64,000 nt of DNA from Azolla caroliniana (Eukaryota > Plantae > Polypodiophyta). Every line of letters starts with the position of its first letter. Within the stretch, counting starts at the first letter, position 1. The DNA is taken from NCBI GenBank assembly GCA_043228905.1, contig JBHGNT010000011.1, positions 21,018,001 through 21,082,000 on the forward strand, in the 5' to 3' direction. A program made the translations under genes and the position numbers. Below are positions 13,465 to 26,000 of this stretch, piece after piece. The notes below the pieces were generated by a model. The model saw nothing but the letters and a program-made list of their open reading frames with translations. It was not told the DNA's origin and did no database searches.

Positions 13465-14574
13465 CTTACCAACCCACTATTGGTGGGCCCATCCATATTC
13501 ACGTATATTAAGAATATTGAGGGTTGGACTTAATACTTTTAGAGCAAATGTACACTCATATGGGAGATAAATTGTTGCATAGCATTGGCCATGCTCCACT
13601 CTTCAATCACTTCTTAGATAACCAAATAGGTCATACATACTATTTCACAAAGCAGGAAAACATTATCTAACATCCATTAATAATTCAAAATTAACCCCAA
13701 TCTATTGTTGGAACTGATTATGTATGCATCAATTGAAGCACAGTCATTGTGTACCATTCACAAATATGGAGAGATATTGTCATTATTTGTTTTCACATTC
13801 AAAACCATCCTTACCCATAGTTACTGCAAGCAAAGAAATATGTAGTGAGTAAAAATATGAACGTCAACTTTCATACAAACCAAAAAGACATAATAATGGC
13901 ATAGTGTTAAATATAGAACCACCCTGTGATCAACTTCATATTAAGATTTTGTCATAAGTAAAAAAAGAAAATTCACAACTTTAAATACGAGGAAAACTAT
14001 TTTGCAACCCTAAGTGTGATGTTTGTGTGGACTTGCTTAGATTTTATTAAAAATCGATGTTATTTTCAAGAGTTTCAGAAAGGCAAAGAAAAACTCTTTC
14101 ATATCCAAGAGAAATGTTCAATACAGCCTAAAAGATTTTACAGGTTGTATTCAAATAATGTTTGAAGTGAAATGCTACATTCCTAAAGTTATCTTCGTAG
14201 ACAAAGACTTCCCAATATGAGGCTATATATTTAAAGGTTTTCAGATCAAATTCGACCAAATGTGATTTTATTTTGAATGAAATGGAATAAGAAAGACTTA
14301 ACTGACCTTGATAGTCTTTGGATTTTTGCTATCTATGGTATGCTCCGCTCTTTGACCTACAGGAACTCTTCTATGACCTTTAATAGCAGGTTCTGCAGAC
14401 AATAGACATTCAATTGTCCAAGCTTCGATAAAGCTCCATTATGAAGCACTCAAGGGTTAGGTGAGAAAATTCTCTTTACAATTCAGACACATATATGCAT
14501 GGCAAATTCAACACTAGCTGACATAATTCCATAGATAAGGATAAAAAGGATAAGTTAAAGAGATACAAGAACAC

Positions 14575-15000
14575 ATGAAACTTGTCTAAGCCATACAATG
14601 CACTGAAAAGCAACATTAAAACATCATATTCATAAATAAAAACAAAGATCAAACATGATTCAAAGTCAACATGATCTTCACTCTTGACATCTCAGCTATT
14701 ACATCTTCATAATCATGTGAAAAATGTGATTATGCAACAGAAAATCCTTCATGACATAAAATCAGTCTCAGCTATTACATCTTCATAATCATGAAGAAAA
14801 ATGTGCTTATGCAATGGAAAACTTGTGTAAGCCTTAAAAAGCACTGGAAAACAACATTAAAACATCATATTAATAAATAAAAACAGAGATCAAACATGAT
14901 TCAAAGTCTGGATGATCTTCACTCTTGACATCTCAGCTATTACATTTCATAATCATGCGAAAAATGTGCTTATGCAACTGAAAATCCTTCATGACAAAAG
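14575..15000. repeat. Tandem duplication (~241-bp period, with an internal partial third copy) just downstream of the eIF3d stop
   Basis: CAACATTAAAACATCATATT...GATCAAACATGATTCAAAGTC...ATGATCTTCACTCTTGACATCTCAGCTATTACAT...AAAATCCTTCATGACA at ~14581-14760 and ~14821-15000; partial copy at ~14766-14815. Confidence 0.9.
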
Positions 15001-15056
15001 TTCTCAACTCTTCATAATAAAAACTAAACAGCAAAAAAATGAACCAGAGACATTAG

Positions 15057-16736
15057 CTACACATCTATATCCTCTTTTTCTTCAGGTGGTTTAACAACAC
15101 CCTCCTCTTCAGCCATTGTCGGTTGAACTTGTTCTTCTTCTGGCAAAGGCTCTTCAACATAATCATTCTCAAAGGCATCCAATGGAACCTCATAGAGCCT
15201 AACTTGTGGCTTCGATGGATCTTTCACCAAAACATACTTCCCTTCACCAAGCTTCAAGCACACATCCACAATCGACTTAACTATACCCCACATGTTCAGA
15301 GTGCTCAAGTTTATTTGAGCAGCAAATTCCTTTGGTTTATACCCTTGCACACTGAGGATAACATGGTTGAAATGATCTCTCGGGTGCACTCTCGATACAT
15401 ACCCCAGTTTCATTGTATCGGCACTAGCCAAAAGCGCTTGGGCAGTCCACTTAGCCAATTTATTTGCATTGTTCTTCAACTCAGTAGCAAGAACTGCCCC
15501 CCTTTGAGTCTCGAGCTTTTGTCTCCAATCAACACCAGTGAGTCTCGGATCAAATTCATTCAAAGCATTCAAAGTGAGGAAATTGGCCTGCCCTTTCATG
15601 TCAAGGAGGCTATGAACCTCACATCGAGCAACAAGATAGGTATCCTCATCAAGCTTCCACTTGCGATATCGGTATGCAACAGATGCCACTTCTTCTCCTT
15701 CAGTTGCGAAAGGGTTAGTTTCTTCAAAGTCAACCTTATTTCCATCTCGAACAAGCACCTGTTGCGAGAAATTTTGGTTGATATAGGCTGCTTCTACACT
15801 AAGCGAGTAAGCTGAGTTTATATCGTCTTTGCCCTCGGGAAGAGGTTCTTGTGAGGTCTCATTAACTGAGAGGAGATCGAGTTGAGACCCATCTCGTTTA
15901 TCAAAGAAAAGCTTGTTTCCTACCCGTTGGACAACTATATCCCAAGAATAGACTGATCGTGGTGCACACATGAGAGTAGACAGGATTGAATCGGTGGCAA
16001 AGACAGTGGCTTTGTCATCACTAGCCAGACGACGGATGACAGGGTCATCGGTGGTGGTGACCTTGAAGAAGTTGCGGTTCTTGAAGCGTTCAAGCCTGCG
16101 CTCTTTCTTGGGGGTAACACGATCATAAGTCTTGTCATAATATTCAAGGCCACCGCACATGAGGATGTCTTGGGGCTCACCTACATTGAAGGAGAGCTTG
16201 GAGAATGTGGTGAAGGGGATCTGGTCCAGCATGGTCCACTCAGGCTGGATGTCTACGGAGCTGCGGAAAGCAGCAGCCTCGCGGCGCTGCTGCACATTAC
16301 GGTTTTGCTGGTAGAAACGATCACGACGGAGCTTCTCCTTCTCGGCATCGCGTTTCCGGGCTTCCACCTCCTCGTCTTTCCGCTGGGGGAGCTGCCTCTG
16401 CTGTTGGTAGCGCCACCGGGGGCCGAACTTTGGCCGGGGCGGCGGCTTCCCGTCCACAAGGCGGAACGACTCCTCATCCGCTTCGTCGTACGCAAAATCA
16501 AACACGCTGTACTCTCCTCCACCTCCCCCTCCCCCTCCGCCTCCGCGGCCCCCACCGGGTCTCGCAGAGAAGCCTCCACGAGTCCAGTCCGCGACTCTCC
16601 CAAGGCGATCGCCCTTGGAAAAAGGGGCGTAAGGCACGTTCTGGATCTGGTTCTGCAGTGCCGCAGGGGCCTCCGGAGGGCCCCATCCGTCTGGATTGTC
16701 GGCGATCTCAGGTACCCTGAGCTTCGTCGCCACCAT
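15057..16736 (-). CDS. eIF3d: Eukaryotic translation initiation factor 3 subunit D (559 aa, single-exon CDS)
   Basis: Uninterrupted ORF with eIF3d motifs NPDGWGP, VPYAPFSKGDRLGRVADWT, FFKVTTTDDPVIRRLA, RSVYSWDIVVQRVGNKLFFDKRD, DWRQKLETQRGAVLATELKNN and KYVLVKDPSKPQVRLYEVP. Confidence 0.97.
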   Translation of the reverse strand: MVATKLRVPEIADNPDGWGPPEAPAALQNQIQNVPYAPFSKGDRLGRVADWTRGGFSARPGGGRGGGGGGGGGGEYSVFDFAYDEADEESFRLVDGKPPPRPKFGPRWRYQQQRQLPQRKDEEVEARKRDAEKEKLRRDRFYQQNRNVQQRREAAAFRSSVDIQPEWTMLDQIPFTTFSKLSFNVGEPQDILMCGGLEYYDKTYDRVTPKKERRLERFKNRNFFKVTTTDDPVIRRLASDDKATVFATDSILSTLMCAPRSVYSWDIVVQRVGNKLFFDKRDGSQLDLLSVNETSQEPLPEGKDDINSAYSLSVEAAYINQNFSQQVLVRDGNKVDFEETNPFATEGEEVASVAYRYRKWKLDEDTYLVARCEVHSLLDMKGQANFLTLNALNEFDPRLTGVDWRQKLETQRGAVLATELKNNANKLAKWTAQALLASADTMKLGYVSRVHPRDHFNHVILSVQGYKPKEFAAQINLSTLNMWGIVKSIVDVCLKLGEGKYVLVKDPSKPQVRLYEVPLDAFENDYVEEPLPEEEQVQPTMAEEEGVVKPPEEKEDIDV

Positions 16737-16811
16737 GGCCGCCCCCGCCCCCGTCGGTTGTGTATCGACAGAGAAAGCTCGCTCTGCTCTCGATCTCGAT
16801 CGTATGGTCGT

Positions 16812-16900
16812 TAGGGTTTCTGCTTCTTCTTTCTCTCTGTGTCTGGTGTTTTCTTCTGTGTCTGTCTGCGAGTGTGTGTTCTTGATGAAGAGAAACCCTA
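16812..16900. promoter_or_regulatory. Two telo-box motifs in the eIF3d 5' region
   Basis: TAGGGTTT at 16812-16819 and AAACCCTA at 16893-16900. Telo-boxes are well known in plant translation-machinery genes. Confidence 0.6.
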
Positions 16901-19900
16901 GCCTGTAGATCTTTCAATCTATCTCTCTATCTCTATCTCTTCTCTTTCCTTCTCTTCTCTTCTCTTCTCTTCTCTTCGCTTTTCTTCTCTTTCACACACA
17001 CACATGCCCATTTAGTTTAGACACTGCCCATATGTGGTATGTATTTTTGTTGCACTCCTAGAGTGACTACTATGTAGTAGTAGTAGTAGTAGTATTCTTA
17101 TTTTGAGAGTTTCACCCCCGGATGGGTACACCAATTGAGAACTACTATGTGCTATGACTATCTATCAGACATATGCTTGAGTCGAACCACTCTTGTCCCA
17201 TGATACGTGATTCCTCCGACAAGGTTCCCACATGAATATTTCTACTCAAACCTCGGCGTGAGCCTGAGTGTGAGTGGTTCCCCCCTCCCCCCCCCCCTGC
17301 ACGTACGTGACGCAACACACTAGGGTAATAATGACAACACCAAGGCCTGAGAATAGTTTATTGTTGCATCTTACTAGGGCAAGAGGACTTGGGCATCATC
17401 AATGCTTGTGAAAGAGGGTGGTGACATTGGTACTTGATGTAATTAATGTTAAGATGCTATGACCATAGATTGGGATACATTAGGTTGAAAGTTGCATAAA
17501 CTTGTGTTTCCAAGTGTTTAATCACCACAATTGGCAGTCCATTTCAGCCTCTCCCTTGTGCAATGAGGTGTTAGATAAGGGGAGATCATTGGCTCTTGTT
17601 TCGGTTGAATTTGTGCATGTTGTATTTGCATATGTTGTCACTTATCGATGAGGCAAGCATGGGTTTATTGTTATTTAGCATATCTTAGCACAGACATTGG
17701 GATAAGCCACTATTTGGGTTCGTAGGACTTTTTTTGGTCGAGTTTCATATTCTTTTCGAGATAATTCATCATCACTAAACTGGGAATTGGATATGTACAT
17801 TGTATGTTTAGAGCCCATAGGTTTTTAATTTTTGTGAGGCTTTTGTTTCCTATCCATCATAAATCTAGTTTGCGCAAATTGCTCATGTTTTTTAGGTTTT
17901 AAGTAATGTCTCGGGCCCACGTGACTATTTGTTCCCGTGCTTCAAATGGTACAACAAGTAACAAGTGTACACTTGCCTTTCATTTCTTGTTGGGGCAATT
18001 GGGTACCAAGTAATGACGGTCATTGGTTGCGAACCTCAACATGTAGCCTCTTGCTCAAACCATGCCACCTAGTTAGGGGTATATTGTTGGGAATGCATTG
18101 TTGGTTTGTTAACCTATTGCAAACTTGAAACCTCACAACTTGCTTGATTGACATTTCACACGTAGCAATTCTTTGTCAAACACTCACTATCACGTGGGGG
18201 GCAATTAATACATTTTATCTCCTGCCTACTATAGGTCCTTAGGATATCTCCCAATGGTCATGGTCATCACTTCTCATCGTGTACATAGGATAGATGTCAC
18301 CTTCTACCCTCGTGTAATCTGAGAAGAAGTTGTTGTGTGGTCTTGTCGCCTAGAATTTTCAAGGGCCAATAAAGGGGGAGTGCGGGGGACCCTCAAGGGT
18401 TATTTAGTTATCCTTTAGCCATTGTCTAAATTGAAATGGAAAAAGGAAAGCCTCGATGGTAGATCTAATGCCAACATACCAATGTTTACACATAAAAGTG
18501 TTATTGCACAAACAAGGAAAAACATCACTCACAATGGTGTGTGTGATTATGGATACAATATAGATTTAAGTGTAGAAAACTATGTCACTATTGGGCTACC
18601 ATTAAATATTAAGAGACATTGTTACATTCATTATTAAAAAAACGTGGGGTGGAAAAAATTCAATTAGGTGGGCATCAAACTACATCAATGTACTATATGT
18701 GCTAGCATTTTCAAGCATTTACTTGCAAAAGCACACGTCTTCCATACATGTGCCTTTGTCGTTCTACATATTTGATCGCCTCTACATAAATAGCTAATCA
18801 AAACAAAAAAATATGTTTGTTCTTCTCTAAAAATTCTCAAGTCAAAACACAAACTAGGGCATAGGCCTACAAACATAAAAAAGAGGGAGTCATTTTGCTT
18901 TTTCCTTTGTCTAATGTGATATACAATATTTTCAACATAGTGTGTTATCGTGATTGAGTTATGATAATGTTGAATTTGTTTCAATGATGAAAACATTACT
19001 TTGAGGATAGTGATATGAGGAATATGGCAAATTTCATTAGGAATCGACAACAATTAAAATTGGGCTTAACTACATTGTCCAAGGCAAATTGGTTAAGTCT
19101 TAATTAGTTTTGAAGATTTCAAACACAAACCCCAACCTAGCCTAACCCTAAATTGATTAAGGCAATTAATTAATCCTTGATGATTCACTGCTATTGCTTC
19201 TTGCTCAACAGTCAACATAAGCAGGTGTTACAATCTACTCCTCAACGCTCACTAGTGATATCTCTCTCATGCTTGGTACAACACGATTTTGAACTTGAAA
19301 CGTTGAAAAGCTGCCTTGGGGGGGGGAGGGGGGTCAAGTCTTAGGATAATAACTTTTTTGTGTAAATGCCATAAGTTATATGAGCCGGTTAAGTAGGATT
19401 CAAAGTGGCTACTGTTGTTATGTTGATGTAGTATGAATCCATATGTCATTGTGATGATGCAGTGGAAATGTGACACAAGACCTAGATGAATGGAGGTGGA
19501 AAAAGAAGGGGGGGCCATAAAGAGAACTCATCCATTCAATGACAATGTTAAGGATCAAGACATTTCGTAGTCAAACAAGCAACATACCATTTTTGGGCCC
19601 TTAAAAGTGGAGCTACAACGAATGCCTTGCAAGTGTGAAACAATAGCTAAAGACGTAATTAGGGAAAAACTCGAGTTTTTGTCCTTCTTTATGACTACAA
19701 AAAGAGAGACCGGACCGGACCGGACCAGACACATCATCATGGTGGTTGCGAGGCATCAAAGGACACAAAAAGTAAGCACCCCCCAAAACCCATACCGGGG
19801 CCATATTTACCAATGACCATTACTCTCTGTCTCTTAATCAGGTTCTAGAGCTGTTCTTTCCTTTTTTCTAGTCTTCTTCTTGGGTCGTAGCCCCTAGTGT

Positions 19901-20219
19901 AGTGTAGGTGTGTGCCTTAATGACCTAGGATTTTTATTAAAGAGAAGTTCCTCCTTTTCACAAAAAGCCCATCTCACTGATCTCACACATCCGCCTTTTG
20001 GGCTGTATTGCATTGTTTGTTCTGTTAACCAAAAAAGAAAAGAAAACGACATGATGGCGCTATTGCAATAACTTTCTTTCCCACCATCACCAACAATGAT
20101 CCATCCATTGCCCAGGTGACTCACTCTCTTTCTCTCTCTCTCCATGGTGCTTCAAATCGTTAGTATATTATTCATTATGCTCTCTTTACCTCTCATGAAC
20201 AATATACTGATGTATTTGT

Positions 20220-20720
20220 AGGCATGTATGTGTGTATATTTATGTTATTTGTTTGTGTGTGTGATTTGTGTGTATGTTTGTATTATTTGAATGTTTTTAG
20301 TTTATTAAGTATAGGAAACCTCTAAGTTCCTACCTTGTATCCGTACGTCCTGGCAACAAATAGACGTATGTATCTTGTGGCATGTATGTAAAATTATGGG
20401 TGCATACATCATGCGCGCACGTTCTTTGAATGTTATTCAGTAAGATCACTAGGTTTGTATCTTGGATCCTGTTGTTTTGATTTGTCACCTCATCTCGATC
20501 TGTCCGATGCAATACAATGAATTACGATAAAAAAGTAGATGAACGCATCATGTGTGCATGTGTGCATGTATGTATGAATGTATATATATGTATATGTGCA
20601 TGATTGCTCGTGTGCGTGCATATGCATTTATGTGTATATTGATGTGTGTGTATTTGTATGTGCATATGTTTGTTTTGTAAGTATGTATGTGGGTGAGTAT
20701 GTGTGTATGTATCTATACAA
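20220..20720. repeat. TG/TA-rich low-complexity region
   Basis: Degenerate (TG)n, (TATG)n and (TA)n tracts. Confidence 0.8.
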
Positions 20721-23048
20721 GTAACGGAATTTCCACCCCCACCAGTTGATCTCATGGAGATCAAACTGACATGGATGTTGGAAGATTAGACGATAGCGGG
20801 CATGGAGGTGCAAATGGCCTCAAGAGTATTAAAGAGGATGAGTGGGCGGGAGGATAAGTGGAGGAACAAATGAGTAGGAGATTGAACAAGAGGGTGAATG
20901 GATGAGAGAGGAACCTAGGCGCAGCCCAATAGCTTGATGTTAAAGACGAGGAAATGAAAGTGGAGACAAGATAACAAAGAAACAAATGACACCCTAAGAT
21001 TGGCGTACGTCTGCGTGTATGAATGTATTTGAGAAGCCTGATGATTATCAAAATATTAGCTAGTAGCATTTGATGATCTACAAGAGCCGAATGCTAATTG
21101 CTACATTTGATGAATTGATGAGAGCCAAATGCATTTGAATCGTAGCATTCAATGGATCTATGCCAGTGGAATGTTGAATATTTTAAACCATATATGAAGA
21201 GATGGGATTATATATTCAAAGAATTGTAGATTTGTGCATTTCATGAGATTGTGTGATGCATGTAAATTTCCTGATCTGACTGTATATATCTGCTGACTGC
21301 TTGAGTTAGGGTTGAATATGCTAGCAAGTAAGCATGTGTGCAGGCATGCTCAAATTATGGTAATTACAATTTAAAAAATAAGGTTAGGCCTTTTAAAAGC
21401 ACACTTAAAAGTTTTCACACCATTTTAGTGTGCAATTGGCCTAGAACCAAAAAGTCTGGAAATTTTGGATTTATGCAGCCTAACTCTAGATGCAATTTCT
21501 TAGAAGGGTTTCATGGCATCTATGAGAGCTATTTTTCTCCCATTCAACAATATATAATGGGTTCTTCCATCTCTTGAAATTTTTGCACTTGCCTAAACAA
21601 TCAAAACATACTTGGAACTTTCCAAATTGATCTTTTCGCCATAGGCACTACAATATATAATTGGAAATGGATTGTTTGCTGGGAACACTCATCATAAATA
21701 AGTAAATGTGGAACCTTAGAGTGTAGAATGAAGGGGATTGGTTGGGATATGCCTTTTCTTGCATATGTGCATTCCTGGAATTCTCAGATACAAAATTCTT
21801 TGAATCGGGGACTAGAAACTATTGTCTGCAACCGATGATCCGTTTTTGTTCACTTTCATCTCCACTATGGTAAGTTATTAATTGGGGTAGGTTCTTTTAG
21901 AGACCCCCCTCCCCCTGCCAAACCACATATAAGATTTTCATCTTGTACGGTTTAAAACAGAAACTGGTTAGTCTACTATTGTGCTTGTGTACTCTTGAAG
22001 GGGGACTAGGAAATATTTTGTACAGTTGATCCATTTCTACTTAGCTTCATCTCCACTACTCAGTTGATGTGCTATTGTGCTTGTGTGCTATTGGATGTGA
22101 CAGAGAGAAAAGGTCAATTATTTGCAAACTGCTAGTATCTCTATGACATATTTGGAAGAGCCCGTACTCCAACATACTGTGTATGAGCACCAGAAGGCAT
22201 TGGAAGTTTTGACTATTATTTGGCATGATTTGAAGAGTCACCAGGATGCACCAGCTGGTTCTTCTAGCCTCCCGAAGGAAAGAAGACACACCCTCAAAGC
22301 TTGGGGTGGTACTTGCCCTCTTTGATTTTGATTTTAGTATCATTACTTGGAGACACATCCCTAAAATGGTTTATTTTTCACAGTAGCTCTCAATGATATA
22401 GGCGAGGTTATTGGCGAACTGTTTTGTGTGCATGTGTGCTTTGTACTTCTCTCAGAACTAGGCCATCTGACTGTTCCTAAAGAATGTGGTATAGATAATA
22501 TCCCATCTTTTCTTAAAAAAAAGAGTGGGAGTCAACCCAAGTATACCTTTGATTCTTCTTTGGAGTGCCAAATGGCACTGAAAGAATCCAAAAGGGATGG
22601 TTAATAAAGATTCTCTAAATCAATATACCATTATTAAATTCATGTGCAAACTAATAATGTTTCTTATTCTTTTTGGAATTTCTTGATGATTGCTACGCTT
22701 TCTATTAACTGCTGTTTTTATTGTTGGATTTGACTGGCTCTCTTAGAGAGGGTTAAGTTTGAATTTGTGTGTTGATTGGATCTATCATTTTTTACCTTTT
22801 CAATACATACTTTTGCAGGCACATACATTTTTGGTGGTGGAAAGCTATCTGCATTTAGGTTATCCATAAAAGTCAAGATAGTGGTGGAAAACTACTTAAT
22901 TTTTAAGTTTATATGACAAAATCAAAAGATTATTTGAGCTTTAGATCAGTTTCTGTTCTGGGCTTTGATGTACATATTGTGTTCCTTTGGCAGATCTATT
23001 AGTGGTGTTTGTGCTAGATTCAAATAAGGTAGGCTGGCATTACCAGGC

Positions 23049-26000
23049 ATGGAAATAAGCAAACTTGAACCCAAACATGAGATTCTACTACCTTGTGTAG
23101 AAAATACTCATGAAAGGCCTTCAATTAGCGACCTACAATATTCCTTTGAAAGTAGTGAGGATAGTGAAAGATTACTTGTATGTGAAATTGGCTGCCACGA
23201 TGATGTTGAAGAAACAAAAGGGCTAGTTTTAGGAGAATTAGGATCTATAAATGCCAAAGATCAAATGATTGACCTAGAGAATGGTGATGCAGCAAAAAGA
23301 AAGCTGTCTCAAGCAGCAGCTGATGTAAGTACAGAGTCATCTCAAAAATCTGATGAGAAACAATTCAGAAAGAGGCTATATACTTCATCAGAAGTAGATA
23401 GTTTAAAGCAGAGAAGGTTGAGATCAAATACAAAACTTTATGTTAAGGCTAATAGTAGGTCACCAATGAAAATTCTAAAAAAATCTGTGAGCAGCTCTAC
23501 ACAGTGGAGTCAGAAAGTGCCCAAAAATTCTGGAACAAAAACCAACATTATAAGAGAGCAATATTCTTTACCTGTAATTAATCTCACCCAAGCAAACACA
23601 ATTCATGCCAGCTCATTGGGATTGACAAATGATGATATTAGTAAAGCGGAAGCGGATTTTGAATATGACCAATGTGTCTCTTTATTGAGAAAGTATGGGG
23701 TTCTAAACAAACCTGAGTTCTACATGTCACGTCATTATCCTGCTTGTGTGCCACATCCAGGGAATGTTGGAGATGGACAACTGTCAAAAAGGTGTAAGAT
23801 ATGCAGAGCATTTGAAGATGGCAGTAATACTATTATTTGTGATGAGTGCCAAGAGGTTTTCCACTTCTCTTGTTGTCTTCCACGTGTCAGCCATAAGTAT
23901 TTCGATCGGGAGGATGATTGGTATTGCAGCTCATGTAGAAAACAAAGGAGAAGGATGGGAAGTGTGCACTACTTCACACTTTCAGAAAATGGGCTTGCTG
24001 ATCGTTTCAAAAAATCTCTGGGAACACGCTATAGTTCGAAAGTGAGGCTCGGGCCTGCTCATCAGGCAGATGTTCCCATATGGACAGGGAAGATCGAGGA
24101 TGATCCATTGTCTTGGTAAGGCCTTACAGTCCAAGAGTAGGTTTAGTTGATTTAGATAGAAGCTATGTATAAAGGTGAAGTTAACTTGATGGATAATGCA
24201 TTATATAATGCTCGAGTGGGTCATGAATATGCATCAGTGCATGCACCATCATGAATCTATAATCTTTAAGCATTTAGTGTGCCAATCTCTTGGATTAGGG
24301 GAATTGGAAACCTATAACTATTATATAATCCCTGACCTGAATACATGCATTTGTGACAGTTTAGCATCTTGAGCAACAGGATGCATGCATTTAGTTTTTT
24401 GGTAGAGTAATCTAAGGTGAATGTGTCCTGGGTAGAGTAATTCTGCTTTCATTCATTGAGTAGTTTACAACTATGTTTTTCTATCTGGTTTAGTGAGAAG
24501 ATCACTGCTAAGCTTGCAATAAGCTGTAGCTGAGGGAGGGGGTGTAAAATGGAAGTCAAACTATAATTATTTAGGTTTAACACTTTCACTCTTCATATTG
24601 TGGAAAACTAGGTAATTTCAATGGGGTGGATATTATTTTATTGATTAGTTTCCCAAGAATAGAATAGCTGTGTGGAATTCTAAACTAGTGGATTGCTGTT
24701 GTACAAGGGAGTTGATTTAACATCACTTTTTTCAACATTGTACATTCTTTATACATGGGTGAACATTCAATTGTCATAATCTTCTAAATGTATTTCATCT
24801 TATGTCTAATCACGTCGTTGGAATGTTAGGATTCACCCTCATTTGCTTTGTAGCTTAACATTTTGTTAGCATTGGACGTAGTGTATTAAGTAGTCTGTTA
24901 TAGTGGCCGATGCATTAAGACTTCCGCACTTAATGAACTCTTTATATTGGTATTGTATAACCTAGAGGACTTCTGTATAGCAAGTGATCAAGAATGTTGA
25001 TATTGATGTTCAACTTCTATTTTGATGGTGACATGACAGTTCAGTGGGTCGTCCCGGAACAGAGATTCCTATAGCTCAAGAGGCAAAAGATCGTGAGAGA
25101 GAAAAGATTTTGGATGCTTTTAAGAGTGTAGGTTTCCTGTACAAGAACGATTGTGTTTTTATCCTCTACTTTCTTGCTGACCTTAATGGTGATCTTTATA
25201 TCTGCAGAAAGTAGAGGCTCTAAATTGGATACCTGCAAAGATGCTACGAACAGGATTACCTGAAAACTGGCTCAGGTGCCGGAACATATTTTTCAGAGCG
25301 TTCAAAGATCGCGATGGACACAAACATAGTGAGGTCATTTGTGGCAAGTGGAGAAGGTATCAAATAACACTTGATCCTCAGGAAATTGTTGATTATATCA
25401 ATAGTGATATTTCACATTTAACTTTGCATAGGGCTCCTCCTTACGTCCAACAATCAGATCATTGGGAATGTTTTTGTGTCATGGAGTGGGACCCTCTTCA
25501 TGCTGATTGTGCTGTACCACAAGTAAGGTTTTCTTTATAGTTTTTTTGGTCTAGAAATGCTTCTAGAGAAATAAACCCCAAGAACACCTCTAAATGAATC
25601 TAGCATCTCTAAAAGACCAAAATGACCAATGAGACTCACCAAGAGGTTACAACTGAAAAAGGTTGTCTCATATATGAGAATAAAAGAAATGAAATGAGAA
25701 ACTATGGAAAGGTTAACTACTAAATTTGTACTTTATTGTTACCACGAGATAACTAGCAGAGAAAGATCTCCCCAAAGTGAGGAATTTGCCCTAATGTTGA
25801 GTAATTATAACCTTGCCTTGGTGATGAAAGGTGTGCCAGGTCATTATTGTCTTTTTGCAAAACAATGTTGTTGCTAGGATCCGAGATTGTGTTTCCCTTG
25901 TGTGAATAGGAGGGTATGTGCATTGAAGGATAATAGCGTTGATGGAATCTTGTAGATTCCTTTTCGAAAATGGAGTGGTTGCTTTGTGCTTGTATCAACT

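Noticed and set aside
15123-16917. Long antisense and alternate-frame ORFs over eIF3d (230 aa, 214 aa and others)
   Set aside because: These are shadows of a real, GC-rich coding sequence, with no recognisable motifs
17280-18420. Possible Penelope/GIY-YIG or other retroelement relic
   Set aside because: Looks like decayed repeat DNA, but I could not read a convincing catalytic motif in any frame
20750-21010. Purine-rich coding-like segment
   Set aside because: Multiple stops and no recognisable domain or splice support
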